NCBI RefSeq assembly: GCF_006345805.1
Contig: NC_043006.1
Coordinates: 44,640,001-44,704,000 of the forward strand
DNA length: 64,000 bases
Origin: Octopus sinensis
Lineage: Eukaryota
Reading direction: 5' to 3'
This document shows, in pieces, positions 26,215-36,531 of this stretch. The notes under the pieces were generated by a model that saw only the letters and a list, made by a program, of their open reading frames with translations, made no database searches and was not told the origin of the DNA. How positions within the stretch are numbered: position 1 is the stretch's first letter; each line of letters begins with the position of its first letter. Position numbers and translations under genes: made by a program.

Positions 26215-26520
26215 CATTTTCTTTCCTCCCTTCATTTCTATCATAACTCATCCTTCCTTCCTTCCTTCCTCCCTTCCTTCCTTTCTTCCTTCCTTCCCCC
26301 GCTCTCTCTCTTGGTTTCCTGTTTTCCTCCCTTCATTTCTATCATAACCCATCCTTCCTTCCTTCCTTCCTTCCTTCCTTCCTTCCCCCCGCTCTCTCTC
26401 TTGGTTTCCTGTTTTCTTTCCTCCCTTCATTTCTATCATAACCCATCCTTCCTTCCTTCCTTCCTTCCTTCCTTCCGCTCTCTTTCTTGGTTTCCTGTTT
26501 TCTTTCCTCTCTTCATTTCT
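26215..26520. repeat. Pyrimidine-rich tandem repeat (86-101-bp unit containing (TTCC)n)
   Basis: Units start at about 26228, 26329, 26423, 26509. Confidence 0.9.
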
Positions 26521-27053
26521 TTTATAGTCATTTCTAACTTTATTTCAACCTTCAATTACAATCCCTGCTCCCAATCTTTCTTTGTGGAGGTTTATAGATA
26601 AAAACTCCAATCCTCTCATTAAAAAAAAAAAAAAAAGACTCAAAGAAAAAACAACATTGCTGTTAAATGGTTATCCATAAATGTAAAAGTGTTCATTTTA
26701 GTAGAACAGTAGCAATGAGAAATAGAAACAGATTAACATGACTGGAATAAATTATAAAGTAAAAGCCATCAGGAAAAGATATTTTTCCTCACTCGTTTCA
26801 AAGATTAACAAACTTTAATATACACTTTACACAGACGTATTCCAAATCTAGTTTTAGTCTTCAGTTATACAGACGTAATGGTTACATTTGATTCCACAAA
26901 AATCTTATCCTCACAGTTTTTACCTCGTATTTGCTGTTAAACTCTTGTCACAGCTTTTCTCTGCTTCACACAGATCAAGCAGCAGTTTGCTCTACATTTC
27001 ATACTCCGCATAGCTTTCAATGTGTGCATGTCCTGGACAATTTTCTACTAAAC

Positions 27054-27382
27054 CAGTGGTTCTCAACCAGTGTCCATATGGTCCCTTGGAGTCCATGCAA
27101 GCAAAATAGTAATTTGGGGATCCACAGTATTATTTTAAGGACCCATGAAAAGTGTTTGCTTCAGATGTATTTCTTGCAAGAAACAGCTAGGCTTTTTTTC
27201 CCTCTGATGCTTAACATAGTTCAATATGTTTGTTATTAACATTTGTAAATGAACAGGTGAAAAACAAAATAGGAATTTTGAAAGAAGTATCTATGAAACT
27301 AGTTTTTAAAACAGCAAATGGCTGTTGTGGTCCACCAGAATAAAATAGTAATCAAAGGGTGAAAAATAGTTGAGAAACACTG
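27054..27382. mobile_element. hAT MITE
   Basis: TIR CAGTGGTTCTCAAC/GTTGAGAAACACTG; degenerate 8-bp TSD tactaaac/tagtagac. Confidence 0.8.
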
Positions 27383-27543
27383 TAGTAGACAATCCTGTAC
27401 CATTATGAATGAGGATGTATCCATCTTAGTTTTCTCCATGTATATTTTCATGATGAAATATGGCACTGCTGATGACTGCTATAAAGTATAAAATAAAATG
27501 TCTTTAGGTGTATTTAAAATGATATTACATTTCAATACATTTA

Positions 27544-27748
27544 CTCTTTAGCATTTAAACAGGCCATATCTCCAAACCTTCTGAATATTCTGTATCTTTT
27601 ACGTTCAAACTGGTCTGATCTGGTCTCTCATACCTACCCTACAATGTCATTCTAAAAATAAACAACCACATTGTCAAGATCGTTAATCTGTGAGATAATG
27701 TATGACTAATTCAAAATAATGTGAATAGATAATGTGAATGCTAAAGGG
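27544..27748. mobile_element. piggyBac-type MITE (CCCTTTAGCATT family)
   Basis: ctctttagcattt ... gaatgctaaaggg; inverted homologue at 40887-41088. Confidence 0.7.
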
Positions 27749-28384
27749 TAAAATGTTTTTACTTTCCATATTGAAAGAAATGACTCTCACTCATGTTTTG
27801 GCATTTATATGACTACTTTGTATTATGAAGCAGAAGTGGAACCTGTTTTGTTAGTTAGGAAACTAGAGCAACCAGACAGACAAATGTGCTTTTATTCAAA
27901 ACACAACACAATTGTTGCAATGGCATTTTTATTTATGACTCTATGATATAAGTGTTCTAATATTAGCATCTCAAAAGATCCAGTCCCTGGAACTTGCTTG
28001 TGTTGTTTTCGCAATTGATAACAGCTATTAATTAACTCTTTCAAAGCCTTCAGTTAACTAGTTAGATCTCATAGAGTAATAGCAATTTTTCTTTTTCTGC
28101 TGGAATATTAAGACATAATGGACATATCTACACAAGTATGTACCTCTCAGACTTTGATTCCTCATAACTTACAGAAAAATGGATATTTTTTAATGACATT
28201 TTTGACAAATACCTTTCAGATGGTTTACATTCTGATTATATTGGAATTTTCTGTGCGAAGAGAAACTGGCAAGTGTGCATGCATACACAATGACACTCTT
28301 CACATATAAATTTACAAGATAAAACTTGAAATTAAAAAAAATATTTTATGCTGTGTCAGTATGTATGTGTGCATGCCCCCAATT

Positions 28385-28566
28385 TTTTGTGGGTGGCATG
28401 TAAAAGCACCTATCACACTCAGAATAGTTGGCGTTAGGAAGGGCATCCAGCCGTAGAAACCATATCAAATCAGACTGGAGTCTGGTGCAGCCCCTCAGCT
28501 TCCCAGCCCTGGTCAAACTGTCCAACCCATTCCAGCATAGATAACGGATGTTAAATGATGATGATG
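28385..28566 (+). mobile_element. Family B element just upstream of the exon 13 acceptor
   Basis: ggttggcgttaggaagggcatccagccgtagaaac...gttaaatgatgatgatg. Confidence 0.8.
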
Positions 28567-28604
28567 AATTATTGTATTTCTTTTCTTTTGTGCTTCTCTT
28601 GTAG

Positions 28605-28704
28605 GCTTGATGATTGTGATAATTTGTACAAAGAATTGTCAACTGAATATCAAGATTATTTACTGCTTCATGTTGCTCGGTTGCAGGCTCTAGATGCCGA
28701 CAAA
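28605..28704 (+). CDS. TPP2: TPP2 window exon 13
   Basis: cttgtag|G...AAA|gtaagt; LDDCDNLYKELSTEYQDYLLLHVARLQALDADK. Confidence 0.94.
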
Positions 28705-29157
28705 GTAAGTAAACCATAGTAAACTTAATTTATTACTGAATCCCATCTTTGTCGTTTTCTCATTGTATTATAGTGCCGGCCTGAAGTCTAGAATTGGGAC
28801 CTAAAAGAAGGAAATAACTTTAAATTTAGATAAAAATTAATAATAAGCAACAAACATAGGTGCTGGTGCCATGTAAAAAGCACTAGTGATGGTGTTATGT
28901 AAAATGTATCCTGTACACTTTGTAAAGTGGTTGTCATTAGGAAGGGCATCCAGCTGCAGAAACAAAGCCAAAATGGACTATGGAACCTGATGTGGCCCCT
29001 GGCCTTGCCAGCTCATGTCAGGCTGTCCATCTTATGTCAGCATGGACAATGGATGTTGAATGATGATGATGATGCTTGTTATATTTTTACCTAACATTTG
29101 AAGTATGTCCTATGGGACTTAAATTCACAGACTCTCTTCGTAAAAGCACATCCTTAA

Positions 29158-29378
29158 CTCATTAATGCATAACATCCAGAAAAATGGATGCAGGAAAAAT
29201 TACTATTACCTCTTTCATACGTTTGTGTAGTTGGTTTGTTTGTACCCAGCACTTACTGACTCATAGAGCACTAGTTTAGAGGCAGACCATACTAAAAATA
29301 AGCTCAATGGGTAGTTTACTTAACAAGCAATAGTAATTTTTTCTGCGGCCATTTTTCTGGATGCTATGCATTAATGGG
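29158..29378. mobile_element. piggyBac-type MITE with ~50-bp TIRs
   Basis: TTAA|CTCATTAATGCATAACATCCAGAAAAATGG... and ...CCATTTTTCTGGATGCTATGCATTAATGGG|TTAA. Confidence 0.85.
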
Positions 29379-29977
29379 TTAATAAATAGCTTGGACTACA
29401 TCTCAGTGACTGACATGTTTTTGCAGAGCCAGAAAATACTTGAGCCTTCCTCCACAACAATTACTGATACTTTACAAATCTTAGGTGAAGCCCTCAATGA
29501 ACTATTACTGCTGTTGTTACACACTCAGACATCCTAAACCATATTCAGAAAAGAGCCACCTGGATGACTGGCATAAAGACACTCACAGACACACTAGCTT
29601 CTGGCTCATTGGTGAAATACTTCCTCTGTCTGTCAGTTCTTCTGCTACTTTAATGGCCTCTGCTTTTTGGGCACAGCTGGGCTCATGTCACCTCTACCCA
29701 GACATGCCTGCCCCACTTGTCTCTCCTCCTTTCATCATCTTTGTTGTGTCCAATTACCTCAGCCCCTGTGTTAATCACTATGTTGAATTCTTCCTTCCCA
29801 AAATATCTGCTCTCAGGAATTCCTTCACTGCTCATATCTTATTCATTGGTGTTGACTTACAAGGGCTCATGAGTAACATTAGTGGCATCAGTCCCCAAAA
29901 ACGACCTACAAAACCATGCCTGAGAGTGCCCCTGGTTTTATGATACAAACTTCATGTTTTAAAGGGGTCTAAATTAA

Positions 29978-30199
29978 AACCCTTTGATACCAACACCTGA
30001 AACTGCACTTGGTTCTCTGATACAAACTTCATGTTTTAAAGGGGTCTAAATTAAAACCTTCAAATCAAAATTTCATGTTAATATATGTTCCAAACACCAA
30101 TTTAATAACTACAAAATTATTTTACTAAATTCTTTTTTATTTTCAAAATAAATTGAAACAAAGGCAACATATTTCTACACAAATATGCTAAGAAAAGGG
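29978..30199. mobile_element. piggyBac-type MITE related to 167-386
   Basis: ccctttgatacc...ttattttactaaattcttt...aaaaggg|ttaa. Confidence 0.65.
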
Positions 30200-30499
30200 T
30201 TAAATCTCAATGAAATAGTTTGCCAAGGTTATTTACATTGTTGTTTTTATTGGCGTTGTTATTGTTGACAGTTGTTATCAACACTGGCTTAGCTCATGTA
30301 CAATATAGCAATTGAGCCAATATGGAAGTCTCTATGTGGTAACCTGACGTGCTAGAAGTAACAGACATATTCCCTCAGATCACATTATATCATATTACAA
30401 AAAAAAAAAGACTGGATAGCCGGATCTGGAACACTTTAACCATAGGTCTTCTCAATCAGGGCTGACCTGGAGCTAAATAATGGCAGTATAGCAATATTA

Positions 30500-30735
30500 G
30501 TGGAAGCACATGGCCTAGTAGTTAGGGTGTTGGAGTCATGATAGCAAGATTGTGGTTTCAGTTCCAGGACTCGGCAATGTGTTGTGTCCTTGAGCAAAAC
30601 ACTTCATTTCACATTGCTCCAGTCCACTTAGCTGTCAAATATGTGTAATCTTGCCATGGACTGGCATCTTGTCCCAGGTGGGGAATATATATGCCTCAGA
30701 AACCAAAAAACCTGCCTCATGAGTCTCTATGACTC
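30500..30735 (+). mobile_element. Family E SINE
   Basis: cacatggcctagtagttagggtgttg...cttgagcaaaacacttcatttcacattgctccagtccac...gccatggactggcatc. Confidence 0.7.
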
Positions 30736-31364
30736 GGGGGAAAGAGCTCTTGTAACAATATCAAATATTAGACTGTATCTTGCTTAATTTTTGATCAGCA
30801 TTTGTCTGTGATATTGTCAGTAATTAATCCTATTAACCTATGAGGAATAAAGGGTAATAAGTTATTAACCTGATTTGAACTCTGAACCATCAGCTCTTGA
30901 GTAGTCTCTTTTTTTTTTATTTGTTTGCTATATTTGCCTCAGCTCTTTGCTTCAAATCCTGCTGTGGCTTACTTTGGTGATAGACTTGATCAGTTTTACA
31001 CCACCATCCGGTCCTTGCAGGGTTTGAACTCAGAATGCAAAGAATGAGGCATCTTGTACTACTTTCTAATGATCCCACCAGTCTACCACTGTTGATGAGT
31101 ACTTATTTATCAATAAATAAAGTACCAGGCTATAGAAGTGGGCTGCTGGAATCATTAGAATATTGTGTGAGATGCCTTGCTATGTTGCCTCAGCTCTTTG
31201 CTTTCTGGGTTCAAATCCTGCCATGGCTTACTTTGGTGGTATATTTGATCCACCTGGTCCTTGCATGTCTTTAGCAGACACCACTTTGTTGCTGGATGCT
31301 AGTTTTGGGTCAGGTTTCTAGTTTGAGGATTTTTTCTTCCTCCCTCCCACAAGGCTTGGAAGGA

Positions 31365-31400
31365 CTTTAAGATGTCAGGGGTACCCCTGACATCTTAAAG
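31365..31400. repeat. Perfect 36-bp palindrome
   Basis: ctttaagatgtcaggggtacccctgacatcttaaag equals its own reverse complement. Confidence 0.97.
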
Positions 31401-31444
31401 ACTTTTCTTGACTAAGTGATTAAAAAGGATAAAAAAAAAATTCT

Positions 31445-32176
31445 CATGGAAGCAATGACTAGTGACCAAGACCTTTGGCGATGTCGTTGCCAGTGCCGTT
31501 GGACTGACTCCTGTGCAGGTGGCACATAAAAAGCACCATTTGAGCATGGCCGTGGGCAGTACCGCTTGACTGGCCCTCTACCTGGAGGCACGTAAAAGCA
31601 CCCACTATACTCTTGGAGTGGTTGGCGTTAGGAAGAGCATCCAGCTGTAGAAACTCTGCCAGATCAGATTGGAGTCTGGTGCAGTCATCTGGTTCACCAG
31701 TCCTCAGTCAAATGTCCAACCCATGCTAGCATGGAAAGCGGATGTTAAACGATGATGATGATGAAGAAGACCCGTCAAGCCAAGTGAAATCATAATTGTG
31801 GCCAATGCTGGTGTTACTTAACTTGCACCAGTGCCAGTGGCATGTAAAAAGCATCTTTCGAGTGTTGGGCCTCATGGAGGCAATGACAAATGATCGAGAC
31901 CATTGGCATTATGCTGAGCTTGAGAAGACCCATCAAGCGAAGTGAAATCATAGTCGTGGCAGATACTGGTGTCATGCAAATGGCACCCATGTCAGTGGCA
32001 TGTAAAAGCATCCATTACACTGTCGGAGTGGTTGGCTTTAGGAAGAGCATCCAGCCGTAGAAACCATGTCAAATCAGACTGGAGTCTGGTAGAGCCTTCC
32101 AGCTTGCCAGCTCTCGTCAAACCGTCCAACCCATGCCAGCATGGACAGTGGACGTTAAATGATGATGATGATGATT
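31445..32176 (+). mobile_element. Two family B elements in tandem
   Basis: Two cores with (GAT)n tails ending near 31765 and 32176. Confidence 0.8.
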
Positions 32177-32687
32177 CATAGCTAGGCAGGTTGAATCATT
32201 ATGAGTTAACTGTGTTTTCCAAAGATATGAACTGTCACCAGATATGACACCAGATATGAACTGTCAACTCCGAAGACTAACATGTCATAAATATCATACG
32301 TAGCAGCTGCTCCCACAAATATGACATGAATTATTATTTATTTTATCTGGTTAGCATGGTGGGATGGTTATGAATGATTAAATAGATTATTACAGTCACA
32401 ATGATAAGACGTTATGAATAGACATTCTTTTTTCATATAAAAGAACTAATCTTAAGTGTTGTGCAACTGGAATATCCCTAGCCCTACCTTTCCATTTATC
32501 AGGTGTCATTAGAAAAATTAACCTGGTTGAATTGTTTTTGCTTTTAGATAGGCTGTTGAATGAGATTTAAAACAGAATTGTTTTACCATTTCAGTTGTAT
32601 GTGTTAGACCAGTTTATATGACTCAGTGATGTGAATTTTCTTGCTTTGTTGCTATTGGCTTCTTTTTTTTTTTTTTGGTCATTTCAG

Positions 32688-32818
32688 GATCGAATGAAAA
32701 AATTACCAGAAATCACAAAGGTTGCTGAACACATCCTCAGCAATATTGACAAAGATGCTCTGCTTGCTTACTATGGCATGAAATCTGACCCCCGACCTAA
32801 TTCTAGTAGTATTAAAAT
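32688..32818 (+). CDS. TPP2: TPP2 window exon 14
   Basis: atttcag|GAT...AT|gtaact; DRMKKLPEITKVAEHILSNIDKDALLAYYGMKSDPRPNSSSIK. Confidence 0.95.
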
Positions 32819-33328
32819 GTAACTATTGTATTTCTTTTTCCTCACTGAATTTTGTATTCAATTTTCCCTTTTTTTTAAAAAAAATATATTTTCAGTGTTT
32901 ACTAACAGTTATGTCTTATTTTATGTGTATTTAGGTGCAAGCATGGCTGTATGGTAAGGAGATTAGTTCCCAACCTCAGGGCCTTAGGTTCAGTCCCAAT
33001 CTGGAGTAGCAGTATGTCAGAGATAGTTGTGGATGATAGCTAAACTGGAAGCTGTTGTTGTTAAGCCTTAGGTTCATCTTCCTTAAGGGTCCCATGACCA
33101 AAGCTGTTCTAGCTGTGTGCATCTAGTCTTAAATCAAGTATAATTATGATCTTTCTGTTCTAAGATGACAGGCTGGGACATGAGTTAGACTTCTGTTTAA
33201 ATATGGTGGCATGGACATGTGGTTGTAGAGAAATGTTAAGATGGATTGGTGTTTAGAATGGTAGTATATAATATATATATATATATAATATATATATAAT
33301 ATATATATATATATATGTATGTATATAT

Positions 33329-33359
<31 letters not shown>

Positions 33360-33365
33360 GAGTGT

Positions 33366-33404
<39 letters not shown>

Positions 33405-33421
33405 GTGTATATATATGTATG

Positions 33422-33475
<54 letters not shown>

Positions 33476-33506
33476 TATGTATGTATATATATATATGTAT
33501 GTATAT

Positions 33507-33606
33507 NNNNNNNNNNNNNNNNNNNNNNNNNNNNNNNNNNNNNNNNNNNNNNNNNNNNNNNNNNNNNNNNNNNNNNNNNNNNNNNNNNNNNNNNNNNNNN
33601 NNNNNN
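33507..33606. other. Assembly gap (100 N)
   Basis: Run of exactly 100 N. The flanking TPP2 exons (end 32818 phase 2, start 40597 phase 2) are compatible, so the join order looks right. Confidence 0.99.
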
Positions 33607-34510
33607 TCTGGACTTCTCCTGAAGTTGGTGTATGGAGAATATCATATCGATAGTTGATCTGCTTCTTCTAAAGCCACACTGCGATTCCGGATAGATTCGA
33701 GAAGCAAGTAGTTGTAGCCTGGCCAGGATAACGCGGGCAAAGGTCTTTCCAACAGTGCTTAGAAGGGATATACCACGGTAATTGTTACAATCACCACGGT
33801 CACCTTGTTTTTGTAGAGCGTAATGATGTGGCATCCCGCATATCCTGAGGGACTGTACCCTCTTCCCAGCACTGACACAGAAGCTCATGAAGGTGCCGAA
33901 GCAGGATGGTGTGTTTTGCCGGCTTTGATGATCTCTGAGGGGATGCCGTCTTTTCCCCGAGCCTTATTTCTTGCTAGGGAGTCAACAGCCTTGGTGAGCT
34001 CTGCTATAGATGGCGGACTGTCAAGTTCGCACATGACTGGCAAGATCTTGACACTCTCAACTGCAGCCTCAGCCACTGTAGTCTCCCGTGAGTAGAGATC
34101 CTGGTAGTGCTCCACCCATCTATCCATTTGCTTGCCTTGATCCCTGATGAGATCTCCAGTAGTTGATTTCAGAGGGGCTGACTTGGTTGCGGATGGACCG
34201 AGGGCCTTCTTCAAACCAGCATACATCCCACGGGTGTCGCCCCTGTCAGCAGCAGCTGACGGATACTCTGACAGATTTCCTGCCAATACCTATTTGCACA
34301 GCATCTGGCTGTCAGTTGGGTTTTATTTCGTGCCTTTCTGAGTTCCTCGAGTGACTTTGTAGAAGAGTCACTCTTGTATTGCACCAGAGCTGCACGCTTT
34401 GCTTCGATAACTGGCTCCAGCTCTGAGAGCCCAGCATTGAACCAATCTGGGTTTTGCCTTTCTCTATATCAGGGAAGCCTTGTATATGACATCATTGGAT
34501 ACTTTCGGCA
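33607..34510 (-). mobile_element. RTE-clade LINE fragment (EN-RT linker and start of RT), frameshifted
   Basis: Minus-strand translation: RQNPDWF...ARCCANRYWQEIC...RWVEHYQDLY...KARGKDGIPSE...GDCNNYRGISLLSTVGKTFARVILARL...PESQCGFRRSRSTIDMIF. Cut by the gap on one side and a (TATG)n tract on the other. Confidence 0.9.
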
Positions 34511-34907
34511 TGTATGTATATATATATATATATATGTATGTATATATGTATGTATATATATATATATATGTATGTATATATGTATGTATATATATATGTA
34601 TATATGTATGTATATATATATGTATGTATATATGTATGTATATTATATGTAGGTATTATGTATGTATATATATGTATATATATGTATGTAGTATATGTAT
34701 GTATATATGTATGTATATATGTATGTATATATATATATATATATATGTATGTATATATATGTATATATATATATGTATATATATGTATGTATATATGTAG
34801 TGTATATATATATGTATATATATTATATTATTATGTATGTATATATGTATGTATATATGTGTTGTATATATATATATATATATAGTATATAATGTGTTAT
34901 ATGTATG

Positions 34908-34946
<39 letters not shown>

Positions 34947-34963
34947 ATATGTATGTATATATG

Positions 34964-35001
<38 letters not shown>

Positions 35002-35014
35002 ATATATATGTATG

Positions 35015-35045
<31 letters not shown>

Positions 35046-35204
35046 ATATGTATGTATATATATATATATATATATGTATGTATATATGTAGTATATATAT
35101 ATATATATATGTATGTATATATGTATGTATATATATATATATATATATGTATGTATATATGTATGTATATATATAATATATATATATGTATGTATATATG
35201 TATG

Positions 35205-35237
<33 letters not shown>

Positions 35238-35336
35238 ATATGTATGTATATATATATTATATATATAATATATATGTAGTATATATGTATATATATATAT
35301 ATATATATGTATGTATATATGTATGTATATATATAT
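34510..35336. repeat. Long (TA)n/(TATG)n array between the two LINEs
   Basis: Direct reading; similar arrays at 33265-33506 and 39545-39830. Confidence 0.98.
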
Positions 35337-35592
35337 AATTAGCCTTAAGATTAAACAACGTTTTTATCCACACTCTAATATAATATTAATATTGCTAATA
35401 CATTTTCAGATACTCTATCCCCTAATTAGCCTTAAGATTAAATAACGTTTTTACCCAAATAACGTTTTTACACAAACTTTAATATTGTTAATATTTCTTT
35501 TTCAAGTACTCTATCTTCTAATTAGCCTTAATATCTTCCTGTCTTCTCTCGAACATAATTAGATAGATAAACGGATAGACGGATTATCCAGC

Positions 35593-36531
35593 ATGTCCAG
35601 AGCATGGAGACGTGACGAGCTGGATTTATTTGTACGAGCATGGGAGTGCGCCGGCGGAGATAGCCCTAGGGAGGTGATTGCGGCTGCGCTGAAGAGCAGA
35701 GGCTACAAGAGGACAGCGGCTCAGATGGAGCGAAAGAGACAGGAATTCGTGCGCTCATATGCGCTTGTACGGTCGCACATTGGCGCACTTGATGCCATCT
35801 TTGAGAACGAGCGGAGCAAAGATGGCAAGAATGAGAGACGATGAAAGAAGTCACCCCCACCTGGTGGACGCCCGGGAGGAGGTTTTGAATGAGAAACCTG
35901 CCCGGGAAGTGAACCCAGGTGCAAGTTCTCCAACCGGCAGCAAGGGCCATGGAGACGGAGAACCCGGTGAAGAGGTAGAGGAGGAAGAAGAACTAAAAGA
36001 AGGACTGGAAGAGCTAAAGGAAAAGAAAAAGCTCAAGCAGGACCAAAGAGTGAAACAACCAGAAATAGAAGTGGAACCGCAAAGGATGGAACCAAACAGC
36101 GCACACGGGTGTGTGTATGTTCTACCTGAGAGGTTCCTGCTGGCATGGAAAGGAAGGTGCAGGCTGCCGCTTTGCACATCGGGGACCCTGCCACAGAGAC
36201 ACGAGGCAGATGGACAAACCATCAACACAAAGAAAAGGGATGTGGACCACGCACCACCTGCCCCAAAGCGGAGGTACGCAGATGTTGTGCGCGCCACAAA
36301 CAGCCATGATGTTGTCGAAAGAGCAGCTGCTGAGCAAAATCTTTTTTGTGCATGGCACAAAAGATTGTACAGCAGCTGACCTGGCTTCATCAAACCCAAG
36401 CCCGCAGGTGGGACTACCCACTATATACCAGACCACCACAGCAAACAGACACAGGATGGACACCGCCGGCAACAAGTACACCTCACCTCGATACTCCTAC
36501 TGAACATCAGAGGACTGCAAACACTCAGTAA
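35593..36531 (+). pseudogene. LINE ORF1 (Myb/SANT-like N-terminus, acidic/basic linker, CCCH finger), about 4 frameshifts
   Basis: Pieces in frames 1/2/3/2/1: MSRAWRRDELDLFVRAW...IAAALKSRGYKRTAAQMERKRQEFVRSY; EEVEEEEELKEGLEELKEKKK; CMFYLRGSCWHGKEGAGCRFAH; KRRYADVV; CMAQKIVQQL...TQ*. Confidence 0.7.

Noticed and set aside
29485-29943. 152-aa ORF in a TPP2 intron
   Set aside because: No recognisable domain or splice context; looks like decayed repeat sequence.
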